This document shows, one piece after another, positions 40,808 through 50,119 of a DNA stretch of 64,000 nucleotides. The number at the start of each line of letters is the position of its first letter. The first letter of the stretch is position 1. A model generated the notes under the pieces. The model saw only the letters and a program-made list of their open reading frames with translations. It had not been told where the DNA came from and ran no database searches. The DNA is taken from positions 248,001 to 312,000 of IMG/VR virus record IMGVR_UViG_3300020178_000002. One strand, 5' to 3'. A program made the translations under genes and the position numbers.

Positions 40808-41860
40808 ATGAGAATTGAAACAGAGTCGAAGCTGGACTTCAAAGATGTATTGTTTAAGCCAAAGAGATCAACTCTGACCTCTCGAAAAGAAGTAGATCTA
40901 AATAGGGATTTCAAGTTCCCTCATAGTAATCGTGTCTGGAGTGGTGTTCCTATTGTAGCAGCCAACATGGACACTGTTGGAACTATTGAAGCAGGTAAGG
41001 TTCTTTCTCAGAACAATATGCTAACTTGTCTCCATAAACATTACACTGAAGATGAGTATGTAGACCTCTATAATTGGGTATATGCGAACCAAGGCTCTAC
41101 TTATGCTTCCTATTGGGCTTACTCTATGGGTATTTCAGATGAGGAGTTTGCTAGATTAGAATCAGTCCAGAAGAAAACTTCTGGTAAGATTACTACAATC
41201 TGTATTGATGTCGCTAATGGATATACTGAGAGGTTCATTAACTTTGTTTCTAAGGTTAGAAACAGATATCCAGAAGCGATTATTATTGCAGGTAATGTCG
41301 TGACTGCTGAAATAACAGAGCAGCTTATCCTAGCAGGTGCAGACATAGTAAAAGTTGGGATAGGGTCAGGGAGCGTTTGTACGACTCGTATTCAAGCTGG
41401 TGTAGGCTATCCTCAGTTGAGTGCAGTTATTGAGTGTGCAGATGCAGCACATGGTTTGAATGGTCGGATTATGTCTGATGGTGGTTGTACTTGTCCTGGA
41501 GATGTAGCTAAGGCATTTGGTGGTGGGGCTGACTTTGTAATGCTGGGTGGTATGCTTGCAGGTCATGTTGAGAACCTTAAGCTAGATGACCAAGGAAATG
41601 CTTTATTTTATGGTATGTCATCAGATACAGCTATGGACAAGTATCATGGTGGTGTTAACGAGTATCGCTCATCAGAGGGTAGGACAGTATCTCTTGACCA
41701 AAGAGGCAATATAAAAGACACCATTCAAGACATACTTGGTGGAGTTCGTTCAACTTGTACTTATATTGGTGCGAGTGAGCTTCGTGAGCTGAGTAAATGC
41801 ACGACTTTTATTCGTGTTTCTCAGCAGTACAACCCTGTGTATGAAAGCAAGACTGTTTAA
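40808..41860 (+). CDS. guaC: GMP reductase (E. coli GuaC-type)
   Basis: [24 protein letters not shown]-terminus, [31 protein letters not shown] and [14 protein letters not shown]; no CBS domains. Confidence 0.93.
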   Translation: MRIETESKLDFKDVLFKPKRSTLTSRKEVDLNRDFKFPHSNRVWSGVPIVAANMDTVGTIEAGKVLSQNNMLTCLHKHYTEDEYVDLYNWVYANQGSTYASYWAYSMGISDEEFARLESVQKKTSGKITTICIDVANGYTERFINFVSKVRNRYPEAIIIAGNVVTAEITEQLILAGADIVKVGIGSGSVCTTRIQAGVGYPQLSAVIECADAAHGLNGRIMSDGGCTCPGDVAKAFGGGADFVMLGGMLAGHVENLKLDDQGNALFYGMSSDTAMDKYHGGVNEYRSSEGRTVSLDQRGNIKDTIQDILGGVRSTCTYIGASELRELSKCTTFIRVSQQYNPVYESKTV

Positions 41861-43047
41861 ACCTTAACAGGGTCTCGCTTATTCTTGTAATAAGCAGTTA
41901 TGATTTTAGCAGTGCCTGTATCCTTATCAAACTCAAAGGCTACAGTTAAGTTTTTGGTCATAGGGTCTGTCCACTCAGCTTGCATTCCATAATCTATAGC
42001 TGAGATTAAGTCTTTAGCTCTTAGGTTGTATTCATTCCTCTCGTAATACTTCTCAAGATTAAAGAAGAAAGATTTCAGTTTGTGTACTGAAATACCTCTC
42101 TGATCCATTCTGTATTGAGCATGTGAACTGATGCAGAATTGTTTAATCTTATTTAGACCACTTTTATTGCAATCTACATAGGTATAAACCTCTCTGGCTT
42201 CACTGTTAGGTATGTTCTGACCTTGTTCAAGCTTTTTGATGAGTCTTAGTTCAAGGTTGTGATCAGCGACATTTTTAATAATCCTGTCTCTGGTATGTTC
42301 TATCCCACCTGGTTTTCCTAAAGGGGGGACTAGATCAGCCTTTTTCAGAGTTTTCTTTAAATCTTGGATTTCTCTCTGGAGCGTTTTACTCAAATCCTTG
42401 ATCTCTTTCCTCGTTTTGTTCCCATCCTCCTCAATAGTTTCCTCTAATATGTAACTAGTTGAAAAAGAACCAAAGGCTTTTTTTTCTCTGCTAAGGGTTT
42501 TAATCTCTTGGTTGAGTTCGTTAAGCATCTTCGATGCAGTACGAATCTGAGAAGCTCTTTTACCTCTGCTGAAGAGTCTCTTTAAGAATCTGACCCCCTT
42601 GCCTACAAGGGAGTACTTCTCCTCGATTTTTTCTTTTAGGTCTTCAAGAACTGTTCCATACTCTTTGAGGTACTCAGGCTGACCCATTAGCTCACCTAAT
42701 TCAAAAGCAAGTTTTTCTAACTCTTTGTCTTTTTCTGCCTTAGAAATGTCTCTTTTCATTTCTTTTATCCTGAACTTACGCTCAATTTTTCGAGCTGCCT
42801 TGTCTTCTTTTTCTCTTTTAACTCCTTCAATGAACTTTCTTAGTCGGTAGTTATCTAATTTTTTTTGCTTAATGGTCGCTAAAAAGCCATCAAGTACCGA
42901 ACCATATTCTTCAACATACTCTGGTTGAGCCTGTAAGCCAACAACCTCTTTTTCTAGGTCATCTAGGTCTTTGTCATTTATTTTATCTCTAGATACACGC
43001 TTGCTGATGTCTTTTATAGCTTCTTCTCTTTCAAGTAAGGTCTGCAT
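41857..43047 (-). CDS. Modular protein: duplicated helical unit, [10 protein letters not shown] tag, C-terminal DUF4258-like putative RNase
   Basis: [15 protein letters not shown]...KIITAYY at the C-terminus; the tag module is shared with the adjacent gene. Confidence 0.55.
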   Translation of the reverse strand: MQTLLEREEAIKDISKRVSRDKINDKDLDDLEKEVVGLQAQPEYVEEYGSVLDGFLATIKQKKLDNYRLRKFIEGVKREKEDKAARKIERKFRIKEMKRDISKAEKDKELEKLAFELGELMGQPEYLKEYGTVLEDLKEKIEEKYSLVGKGVRFLKRLFSRGKRASQIRTASKMLNELNQEIKTLSREKKAFGSFSTSYILEETIEEDGNKTRKEIKDLSKTLQREIQDLKKTLKKADLVPPLGKPGGIEHTRDRIIKNVADHNLELRLIKKLEQGQNIPNSEAREVYTYVDCNKSGLNKIKQFCISSHAQYRMDQRGISVHKLKSFFFNLEKYYERNEYNLRAKDLISAIDYGMQAEWTDPMTKNLTVAFEFDKDTGTAKIITAYYKNKRDPVKV

Positions 43048-43146
43048 ATCTTATCCTTTTTATTTTCCTTGGTTCTTGAGATCTCTAATCTCTTGGTTAA
43101 TTTCGTTAAGCATCTTCGATGCAGTACGAATCTGAGAAGCTCTTTT
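42517..43146. repeat. Identical 45-bp direct repeat (42517-42561 and 43102-43146) inside a shared ~70-aa module of two adjacent genes
   Basis: ttcgttaagcatcttcgatgcagtacgaatctgagaagctctttt is present twice. Confidence 0.9.
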
Positions 43147-43995
43147 CCCTTTGCTGAACATATTCTTGAGATACTTGATGCCTTTACCTACAAGTGAGTA
43201 CTTCTTCTCAATAGTTTCGTGCATTTCTTTCAGAACATTTTCATAGACTTTGGAGTATAGAGGGTCTGCCTCTAAAGCACCTACCTCAACAGCAAGTTCT
43301 TCTAAGTCTCTATCTTTTCTTGAGCTCTTAATAGCTCTGCCTAGATCCTTAATGGTGTCCTGCATCTCTTGCTCTAATATAGTGAATCCCTTATGGGGGA
43401 AGTTCATAGTGATCTCTACACTAAGACCCTCCACCATGCTTAGATTAGCACCTGTGAAATCTGGGTTTAGTAAGACAGCTTTGCTAAAACTTGCTTCTGT
43501 AAGATTACTGCCTTTGAAGTCAGCACTTCTTAGTTGAACATTAGTGAAGTCAGCACTTGTAAGATCAGCACCAGAGAAGTCAGGTTTTGTTCCTTTAGCG
43601 ATGTAGAATTGACTGCCTCTTAGGATGCTTTTTCTAAAGTCTGTTCCATTCAAGGTAGAACCACTGAGTTCAGCACTTCTGAGGTCAGCATCTTGTAGGT
43701 TTGCTTTTGTTAAATCTGCATAATCTAATTTGGCTTGTCTGAGATCTGCTGATTTCAAAGTAGCATCACTTAGATCAGCTTTGGTTAGTATTGCTCTTGC
43801 TAAGTCAGCACCTGTGAAGTCTGCTTCCATTAACTTAGAATTTTCGAGAGAAGACCCATGAAACGTAGCACCTCTCAGATCAGACTCTCTAAGGTCTATT
43901 TCTCTGAGATCCATATTTTTAAAAACACCTCTGGGAGCTTTTGTTTGTGGCATTACAGCTCTTTCGAGGTCTTCTTTTGTATAGTCTTTACTCAT
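43060..43995 (-). CDS. Pentapeptide-repeat protein with C-terminal shared tag module
   Basis: A(D/N)(L/F)xx repeats (ADFTG ADLAR AILTK ADLSD...). Confidence 0.9.
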   Translation of the reverse strand: MSKDYTKEDLERAVMPQTKAPRGVFKNMDLREIDLRESDLRGATFHGSSLENSKLMEADFTGADLARAILTKADLSDATLKSADLRQAKLDYADLTKANLQDADLRSAELSGSTLNGTDFRKSILRGSQFYIAKGTKPDFSGADLTSADFTNVQLRSADFKGSNLTEASFSKAVLLNPDFTGANLSMVEGLSVEITMNFPHKGFTILEQEMQDTIKDLGRAIKSSRKDRDLEELAVEVGALEADPLYSKVYENVLKEMHETIEKKYSLVGKGIKYLKNMFSKGKRASQIRTASKMLNEINQEIRDLKNQGK

Positions 43996-44040
43996 GGTTC
44001 TTAACCCTTTCTTTTTTTAGAAAGAGATTATAAATAAACA

Positions 44041-44078
44041 AAAAAAAGCCCCACTTCCCAAATGGAAAGCAGGGCTTT
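44041..44078 (-). terminator. Intrinsic terminator
   Basis: AAAGCCC...GGGCTTT hairpin with a T run on the minus strand. Confidence 0.55.
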
Positions 44079-44098
44079 AGAAACCTATGAGCTTGAAA

Positions 44099-44461
44099 TT
44101 ATTTGTTTGAGTAAACAATGAGTAGCTTACCGAGTTCTTTTTTAACCTTTTTCAGAGAAATGCTAGGTTCTAGTTTGCTGATAAGTACGCTATCTCCGAA
44201 CTGAAGTAGCTGGACTGTATCTTCTAGTGTTGTGAGATTTAATGTTCCCATTGAAGCATTCTTCAAATGTACTGTGTCACCCACAATACTGTAAGTTGTG
44301 TTTTTCTGGAGAACTACCTCTAAGACCATAAGCTCTTTTTTATAGTTGTTGTATTTACATAGAATCAGATTAGACTCTAGAGTCTCATCACAACCCTCTG
44401 GCTTTGTAGCAAACACATTGGTAGAGATAAGTAGTAAGATTCCGATTAGTAAGTTTTGCAT
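44099..44461 (-). CDS. Hypothetical exported protein
   Basis: Signal-peptide-like start MQNLLIGILLLISTNVFA. Confidence 0.6.
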   Translation of the reverse strand: MQNLLIGILLLISTNVFATKPEGCDETLESNLILCKYNNYKKELMVLEVVLQKNTTYSIVGDTVHLKNASMGTLNLTTLEDTVQLLQFGDSVLISKLEPSISLKKVKKELGKLLIVYSNK

Positions 44462-44542
44462 ATTAGATTCCTTTCATTGTCGTATATATCTACTTTATAT
44501 TATCAATCCCCCTAAGGGGGTCTGTTCTTTTTAGGTCTTTTT

Positions 44543-45253
44543 ATGAAAATAATCTTATCTCCACCCTTCAGTAATTTGGCTTTAACAAACCTTTATCCTA
44601 ACACCACAAGAATCATTGGCACATACACTCTAAATAAGAGAAGGGGTTTGTGGAGAGTTCTTACTACCCTTAAGAAAACAAACAGGGGCTGGGTAAATAA
44701 TGTAGGCTTAAGGAATGGTGGTATTACGACAGTCCCAAACAAACCTTTCATAGTCTCTATTGCAGAGCTTGAGTCAGGTGATTGGTTACAGATGCTGAAT
44801 CATTTATCTACTTTGGATAATATTCTGGGGGTAGAGCTTAATATCTCTTGCCCTAATGCTCAGGTTAAAGGGGTGGGAGAAGATCTTCTGCGTAGCTTCA
44901 ATGATACTTTTAATAATGTATTTGTTAAAGTTCCTCATAACTACCCAGAGCGTCACCTTTTTAGCTTGATAGAGTGTGGTGCAAAGGTTATTCATATTTC
45001 TAATACGAAGAAGACAGAGGTTGGTTCTCTCTCTGGTGTGGAGTTGATACAAAAAAACCTCCAAACCATTAAAACAGTGAAGAAGCATTATCCTCATGTT
45101 AAAGTGGTTGGAGGTGGTGGTATATACAACTTAGAATCAGCTAAACAGTATATAGAAGCAGGTGCAGACTACATTTCTTTGTCTACAAGTTTGCTTAGAC
45201 CTTTTCGGACATATTTCCTAATTAAAGGATTACATACCTTCTTAGCTGACTGA
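44543..45253 (+). CDS. pyrD: Compact dihydroorotate dehydrogenase-like flavoprotein (family 1)
   Basis: NNVGLRNGG, ELNISCPN, HISNT, GSLSG, VVGGGGI and AGADYISL; only 236 aa. Confidence 0.75.
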   Translation: MKIILSPPFSNLALTNLYPNTTRIIGTYTLNKRRGLWRVLTTLKKTNRGWVNNVGLRNGGITTVPNKPFIVSIAELESGDWLQMLNHLSTLDNILGVELNISCPNAQVKGVGEDLLRSFNDTFNNVFVKVPHNYPERHLFSLIECGAKVIHISNTKKTEVGSLSGVELIQKNLQTIKTVKKHYPHVKVVGGGGIYNLESAKQYIEAGADYISLSTSLLRPFRTYFLIKGLHTFLAD

Positions 45254-45509
45254 AGCTTAAGAAGTATGCTTCTTGAGTTCCTCTTTCGAGAACTTCAACT
45301 ATTGGCTTTTCATATTCAGTGTTGTATAAGATCGAAGCCCTGACATTCTGACCTCTGTTTCCTCTGTTCTGACTTTTGACTATTACAGGCCAGTTGTACT
45401 CTTCTTTGTGTTCAGAGTAAGGAGTTGCTTCATATACTCTTTTAGCTGAGGGCTTTCCAAGTATTCTTATTAGAGTATACACTCTATCTTCTTTTAGACT
45501 GTCTAACAT
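45222..45509 (-). CDS. Hypothetical protein
   Basis: 95-aa ORF lying antisense between pyrD and pyrF-pyrE. Confidence 0.45.
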   Translation of the reverse strand: MLDSLKEDRVYTLIRILGKPSAKRVYEATPYSEHKEEYNWPVIVKSQNRGNRGQNVRASILYNTEYEKPIVEVLERGTQEAYFLSFSQLRRYVIL

Positions 45510-45525
45510 CTAGGTGTCCTTTCGT

Positions 45526-46638
45526 ATGATTAAAAAAGTATGTGTTGGTTTAGATCTTCCTATTAATAGTTCTTTAGAAGACTATATAAAAATTATTAAC
45601 GAGGTTGGCTCTACAAGCTACAAAGTCAACCCTGCCTTTGTATCGCCCCATATAATGCCATTGCTTGCTTCTGAACTCAATATAAGGGGCTTCTTTTGGA
45701 TATATGATGGTAAGCTGGGTGATGTTCCTCATACAAATGAGAGATATGCAGATTATGTATTCAATCAGCTAGGTGCAAATGCAGTCACCTTAAATCCTTT
45801 TGTTGGTCTGGAGGCACTTGAGCCTTTCTTTCAATATGAAGATAGATACTCTTTTGTTCTTTGTAAAACTACCAACTCTGGAGATAAAAAAGCTCAGTCT
45901 GCTATGTATACAGACATAATTTCTTTAGCTTCCGAGAGAAGCAATGTAGGTATTGTCTACTCGTCACTAGATTCTGAGGGTTTGAGAGCAGTATCAGAAG
46001 GCAACTTTTTGATACTTGCACCTGGAGTGGGCTCACAAGGTGGCTCTGCTGCAGTAGATGAGTTGAATATTCTTTATACAGTAAGTAGGACTATAATAAA
46101 TTCACCTGACCCCCGTGAGACTTATCTTGAAATCAAAGGTGGTGTTGAAGCTATTCTCTTAGAGAGTTTGAGGTCTAGGGGTTTCATTAAAGAAGGTCAG
46201 TTTACACTTTCAAGTGGTCTTTCTTCTAACTACTATATTGACTTAAGGTGTCTTTCTTCTGACATAGACTTCTACCAAGAGGTATGTTTGCTTTTGTCTA
46301 GGCAAATAAAAACCCCTGATATACTAGGTGTCGAGAGTGGAAGCATATCTCTAGCTTCTTCTCTTGCTTGTCTTCTAGATAAACCTTTTGGTTTTGTTAG
46401 AAAGACTGCAAAGTCACATGGTACATCAAGGGTTGTTGAGGGTATCTCAGAGGGAGAAGCAACAGTTGTAGATGATGTTTTAACAACTGGTAGTAGTCTT
46501 ATAAAGGCTGTTTTAAATGCTAGAGCCTCTGGTATCTATGTCAGTGAAGTTTTAGTTGTAATAGAAAGAGTTGGTTATGGTGGTAGAGAAGCTCTTGAGA
46601 GTTATGGTATTAAAGTCAATTCTTTAGCGAGACTTTAG
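45526..46638 (+). CDS. pyrFE: Fused OMP decarboxylase + orotate phosphoribosyltransferase (PyrF-PyrE)
   Basis: OMPDC motifs DGKLGDVPHT, AVTLNPFVG and LAPGVGSQGG; OPRT motifs FTLSSG..SNYYIDLR, VRKxxKxHG and VVDDVLTTGSS. Start is 45514 or 45526. Confidence 0.9.
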   Translation: MIKKVCVGLDLPINSSLEDYIKIINEVGSTSYKVNPAFVSPHIMPLLASELNIRGFFWIYDGKLGDVPHTNERYADYVFNQLGANAVTLNPFVGLEALEPFFQYEDRYSFVLCKTTNSGDKKAQSAMYTDIISLASERSNVGIVYSSLDSEGLRAVSEGNFLILAPGVGSQGGSAAVDELNILYTVSRTIINSPDPRETYLEIKGGVEAILLESLRSRGFIKEGQFTLSSGLSSNYYIDLRCLSSDIDFYQEVCLLLSRQIKTPDILGVESGSISLASSLACLLDKPFGFVRKTAKSHGTSRVVEGISEGEATVVDDVLTTGSSLIKAVLNARASGIYVSEVLVVIERVGYGGREALESYGIKVNSLARL

Positions 46639-46961
46639 AGCCGACCTTTTGCAATTAGCTCTTTTTCAATCTTCTCTGCCAGAGAGAGATAAACCTTTTG
46701 GTTTTGTTTTTCTGTCCATTGAGCAGATTGGCTCAGGATTCGGTTCTGCTTGTCTGTCAAGAATACAAACCAATTTCCTTTTGCTTCTACCTTATAAATC
46801 AGGTGGTCTGTGAAGTGGCTTGTGCTTTTAACAACTTTCCAGCTTTCGACAGGCACTAGGTTGAAACTGTTTCTGTTTAGGTATTTCCAAACAGCCATTT
46901 GTACTGCTTGTGGTGCTTCATTGTCTTTTGTGGTGAATAGTGGGTATTTTGCTTTAATCAT
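46635..46961 (-). CDS. Hypothetical protein
   Basis: 108-aa ORF coupled to the upstream gene. Confidence 0.55.
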   Translation of the reverse strand: MIKAKYPLFTTKDNEAPQAVQMAVWKYLNRNSFNLVPVESWKVVKSTSHFTDHLIYKVEAKGNWFVFLTDKQNRILSQSAQWTEKQNQKVYLSLAEKIEKELIAKGRL

Positions 46962-47317
46962 TATTTTAGTCCTTTTTTGTAATCACTTGGGTTGATTTTG
47001 TCTGCTAATTGGTGTGCTGCAATCATTTGAGCTTCTATTACAGAAGTAAGATTCTTTAGATTCACATATGTAATTCCATGATAAGAATTGAGTCTTGTAT
47101 TAGAAGCTTCGGAAGACCAGCCCTCAAAATAAACTCCATGTTCATCTGTAGCAATAACTGTCAGCCTGAAGTATCTTGTGAGCTTACGCATAGGGTCGGT
47201 ATGGTGGTATCCTTTTTTGGCAGCTTCACCATCACCGAACTTCTCCGTTAAAGATTTTTCAAAGAATGGCAATAGTAAATAGTCTTTCTTTATAGCTTGT
47301 AAAAATTCTTTTTTCAT
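46961..47317 (-). CDS. Hypothetical protein
   Basis: Probable start MKKEF after AAGGAA; C-run promoter upstream. Confidence 0.55.
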   Translation of the reverse strand: MKKEFLQAIKKDYLLLPFFEKSLTEKFGDGEAAKKGYHHTDPMRKLTRYFRLTVIATDEHGVYFEGWSSEASNTRLNSYHGITYVNLKNLTSVIEAQMIAAHQLADKINPSDYKKGLK

Positions 47318-47382
47318 AATAGATTCCTTTTTTGTGTAAGTGTTATAAACTCTTATCAAAATTGTTTAAGGGGGGGTTAAAA

Positions 47383-47775
47383 ATGCCTGTTCGTACTATA
47401 GTAGTTATTTGCTTATCTTTATCTTATCTGATGTTATTTGGTTTCATTGCTAGAGAACCCCAAGAGAGGTTTGTTCTATATGCTGTGCCAGAGTCTAAAG
47501 GTTGTATTTACCCAATAAACGAGATAAAGGAGACCAAAGTAGAGCTAAGGCATGTCATTCCCTATACGAAGATACATACTTGTAAATATGATGATTCCAA
47601 AAGACTCATTAGTGTTAAGACATATAACTTTGAGATAGGCTATCAAATGAAAAAGCCCACCCATGAAATAATCTATCATTGGGTGGGCACTAGGTTGAGT
47701 AAGGTCTCTTTTCGAGAGGCTTCTCATGGTCAGGGCGAAGTTGATGTTAGAGTCCTTGAGTTTTCAAAGAAATAA
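47383..47775 (+). CDS. Hypothetical membrane-anchored protein
   Basis: N-terminal TM segment MPVRTIVVICLSLSYLMLFGFI. Confidence 0.5.
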   Translation: MPVRTIVVICLSLSYLMLFGFIAREPQERFVLYAVPESKGCIYPINEIKETKVELRHVIPYTKIHTCKYDDSKRLISVKTYNFEIGYQMKKPTHEIIYHWVGTRLSKVSFREASHGQGEVDVRVLEFSKK

Positions 47776-48346
47776 AACCAATGATTGGAAACTTAGCCTG
47801 ACCTTGTTTTCTAAGGCTTTGAGGGATATTAGCAAATCTAAAGTCAGCACCCTCAATGATTGCACCTGTGAAATCACAGCTAGAAACATCAGCTCCTGTG
47901 AAATCAGCCCCTCGTAAATCAGCGTTTACAAAAGATACCTCTTTGAGAACACTATCCGAGAAATCAGCCCCTCTGAGGTCTGATCTATAAAAGCTGGCTT
48001 TCTCTGCTTCTGTCCCTGCAAAATTAGCTCCGATAAGGGTTGCTTGAGCGAAGCTCACCTTTTCTAGCTTTGCAAACTCTAAATCTAAGCTTACTCCATA
48101 AGACTCATTTAAGTTGACCTTAGAGAGTTCAGCTTCGCTAAAGGTAGCGTTTGTTAGTTCGCAATTTTTCATAACAGAGTCTTTAATGACCAGCCCTGAA
48201 ATGTTTGAGTTTACGAACTGGCAATCTGTTAGATTGCATTCATAGATTCCGACATCAATTCCAGAAGAAAGTGTAAAGTCAGAGCCTGTTAAATCCTCAT
48301 TTGAAGAGGACTCTAAAATTGTATTTGTGTTATCTTGGAATCTCAT
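47747..48346 (-). CDS. Pentapeptide-repeat protein
   Basis: ANFAG, SDLRG, ADFSD, ADLRG and ADFTG repeats. Confidence 0.88.
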   Translation of the reverse strand: MRFQDNTNTILESSSNEDLTGSDFTLSSGIDVGIYECNLTDCQFVNSNISGLVIKDSVMKNCELTNATFSEAELSKVNLNESYGVSLDLEFAKLEKVSFAQATLIGANFAGTEAEKASFYRSDLRGADFSDSVLKEVSFVNADLRGADFTGADVSSCDFTGAIIEGADFRFANIPQSLRKQGQAKFPIIGFISLKTQGL

Positions 48347-48347
48347 A

Positions 48348-48482
48348 TTAGCCCCCAAACCCTACGGGTGTCATTGCAATGCAATATCCCAAGGTAGCTA
48401 GAGCAACCCAGATTAACAGAAGAAGTGAAATTCCTAGTTGAGTGAGGAATGATTTAATCCCGTTTGCAAAAATCTTGTACAT
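48348..48482 (-). CDS. Small single-TM protein (44 aa), not in ORF track
   Basis: MYKIFANGIKSFLTQLGISLLLLIWVALATLGYCIAMTPVGFGG*; AGGAG RBS. Confidence 0.5.
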   Translation of the reverse strand: MYKIFANGIKSFLTQLGISLLLLIWVALATLGYCIAMTPVGFGG

Positions 48483-48606
48483 GCAAAACTCCTTTTAAAA
48501 ATAAATGTTTACTTATTACTACTTATCGAAACCTAAATAGGGGGTGTGAAAAAAAGGCTCTTTTGGTATAGTTAAGGTGTTAATTTGTTCGATATGAGGA
48601 AATAAA

Positions 48607-49128
48607 ATGGGAAACAAGACATTAATTTTGGTTCGAGGTTTAAGTGGGTCTGGAAAAACAGACCTTGCAGATCTAATTGTAGGGGATAATGATGAAAGAG
48701 CATCAATCGCAATGGATGATTACTTTTATGATGACGAAGGCAATTTCAAATTTGTGCCAGAGAAATTAAAGACAGCTCATGAATGGTGCTTGAGAGGGTG
48801 TGAAGAACACATGAAAGAAGGTCTTGAGGTTGTTGTTGTTCACAATATCTTTACTAGGAAGTGGGAAGTTGATCCATATCTCGGTATTGCAAAGGATAAT
48901 GGCTACCGAGTTCATATTATAAACCTCTATGATAGAGGTATGAACGACTATGAGCTTTCAGAGCAAAGTGACCACAACATAAACCCAGGTCTCATTCAAC
49001 GACAGAGAAAGAGATGGGATAAGGATGTCTACAGAGATAAGGTAATGAAACCTCAAAGACCTTTTTATGACAGAGGTTATGATAGAGGTTATGACAGAGG
49101 CTACCGCCAGAGAAAACCTTGGTACTAA
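48607..49128 (+). CDS. P-loop kinase (AAA_33 / polynucleotide-kinase-like)
   Basis: LVRGLSGSGKT, DDYF, AHEWC and VVHNIF. Confidence 0.8.
   Translation: MGNKTLILVRGLSGSGKTDLADLIVGDNDERASIAMDDYFYDDEGNFKFVPEKLKTAHEWCLRGCEEHMKEGLEVVVVHNIFTRKWEVDPYLGIAKDNGYRVHIINLYDRGMNDYELSEQSDHNINPGLIQRQRKRWDKDVYRDKVMKPQRPFYDRGYDRGYDRGYRQRKPWY
49066..49101 (+). repeat. 3 x 12-bp tandem repeat encoding (YDRG)3
   Basis: tatgacagaggt tatgatagaggt tatgacagaggc. Confidence 0.85.
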
Positions 49129-49129
49129 G

Positions 49130-49591
49130 ATGTCTATAAGAGTAGGTAATATTGTTATCCTCCATGAAAAAGGGAAGGAATATCAGGATTACTTGGTCTT
49201 GTGCATAGAAAGAAACCCTACTTTTTTTTTAGGTGTTATTGGCATAGGCTCTCAAGTCTTCAACTTTATTACAGTGGATAAAGTTGAAGATCTGATTTTG
49301 AATGATGTCTTTGAACCAGAGACAGTAGATTTGCCTGGTACTTTTAAGATAGAGCGTGAAGATGCATTAGAAGCAGACCAACAACGAGAAGAAGTTTTCC
49401 GTAGAGGTGACCTAGTTAGCTTTTCATATTTAGAGCAAGGTGCAGAACTAAGCATTACAGGCTACTATTTAGATGTTTCTGCTGAGAAAGACTATGTTCT
49501 TATTTCGGAGAGAGGTGTGACTGTTAGAAGATTTTGGGAAGTACCTGTCACTTCGGTTGTTCTCATTTCCCAGCTTCCACTTCGTCTTTAA
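49130..49591 (+). CDS. Hypothetical protein
   Basis: Probable start MSIRVG immediately after the kinase stop. Confidence 0.5.
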   Translation: MSIRVGNIVILHEKGKEYQDYLVLCIERNPTFFLGVIGIGSQVFNFITVDKVEDLILNDVFEPETVDLPGTFKIEREDALEADQQREEVFRRGDLVSFSYLEQGAELSITGYYLDVSAEKDYVLISERGVTVRRFWEVPVTSVVLISQLPLRL

Positions 49592-49684
49592 ACCAAGGAT
49601 CTGTTTGATCTTTATACTTTAATGGTCTTGGGTCATCTTCTATGAAGAACCCTGCTATTGTGAAGATCGAGATAATTGTAATAG

Positions 49685-50119
49685 CTAACATATTGAATCC
49701 TTGTAATTTTTAATTGCCCTATAGCAGTTTGATTTGTTTTCATACCCTAATGCATCCGCTATTTCTTGGTATGTCATATTTTTTTCTGTTCTTAAAGTGT
49801 AAGCAGCTTTGGCCATACTTTGTTTCCTATAAGGAAGCTCTATATTTTTATTATTACAGAATATGGCTATTCTGGTTTGAGCAGTTGTTTCTCCTATATT
49901 GAGATACAATGCAATATCTTTTAGAGACATGCCATTCACATATAGGTCATAACACTTTTTGTGATTGACACTTGGTCTAGGGAAAGAGAGTTGATGTCTT
50001 AGTGCATAGTTTCTTACTATGTGTTTGGAATCTTCTTCCCTAAACCCTAAAGAGCTACCTATTTCTTTATGTGTCATTCCTTGCATATACATTTGATATG
50101 CTTGTTCAGATTTTTGCAT
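49685..50119 (-). CDS. Protein with three tandem helix-turn-helix motifs
   Basis: GMTHKEIGSSLG, GMSLKDIALYLN and NMTYQEIADALG. Confidence 0.75.
   Translation of the reverse strand: MQKSEQAYQMYMQGMTHKEIGSSLGFREEDSKHIVRNYALRHQLSFPRPSVNHKKCYDLYVNGMSLKDIALYLNIGETTAQTRIAIFCNNKNIELPYRKQSMAKAAYTLRTEKNMTYQEIADALGYENKSNCYRAIKNYKDSIC

Noticed and set aside
40808-41860. IMP dehydrogenase (guaB)
   Set aside because: The N-terminus, the [14 protein letters not shown] and RSTCTY motifs, and the lack of CBS domains match E. coli-type GMP reductase.
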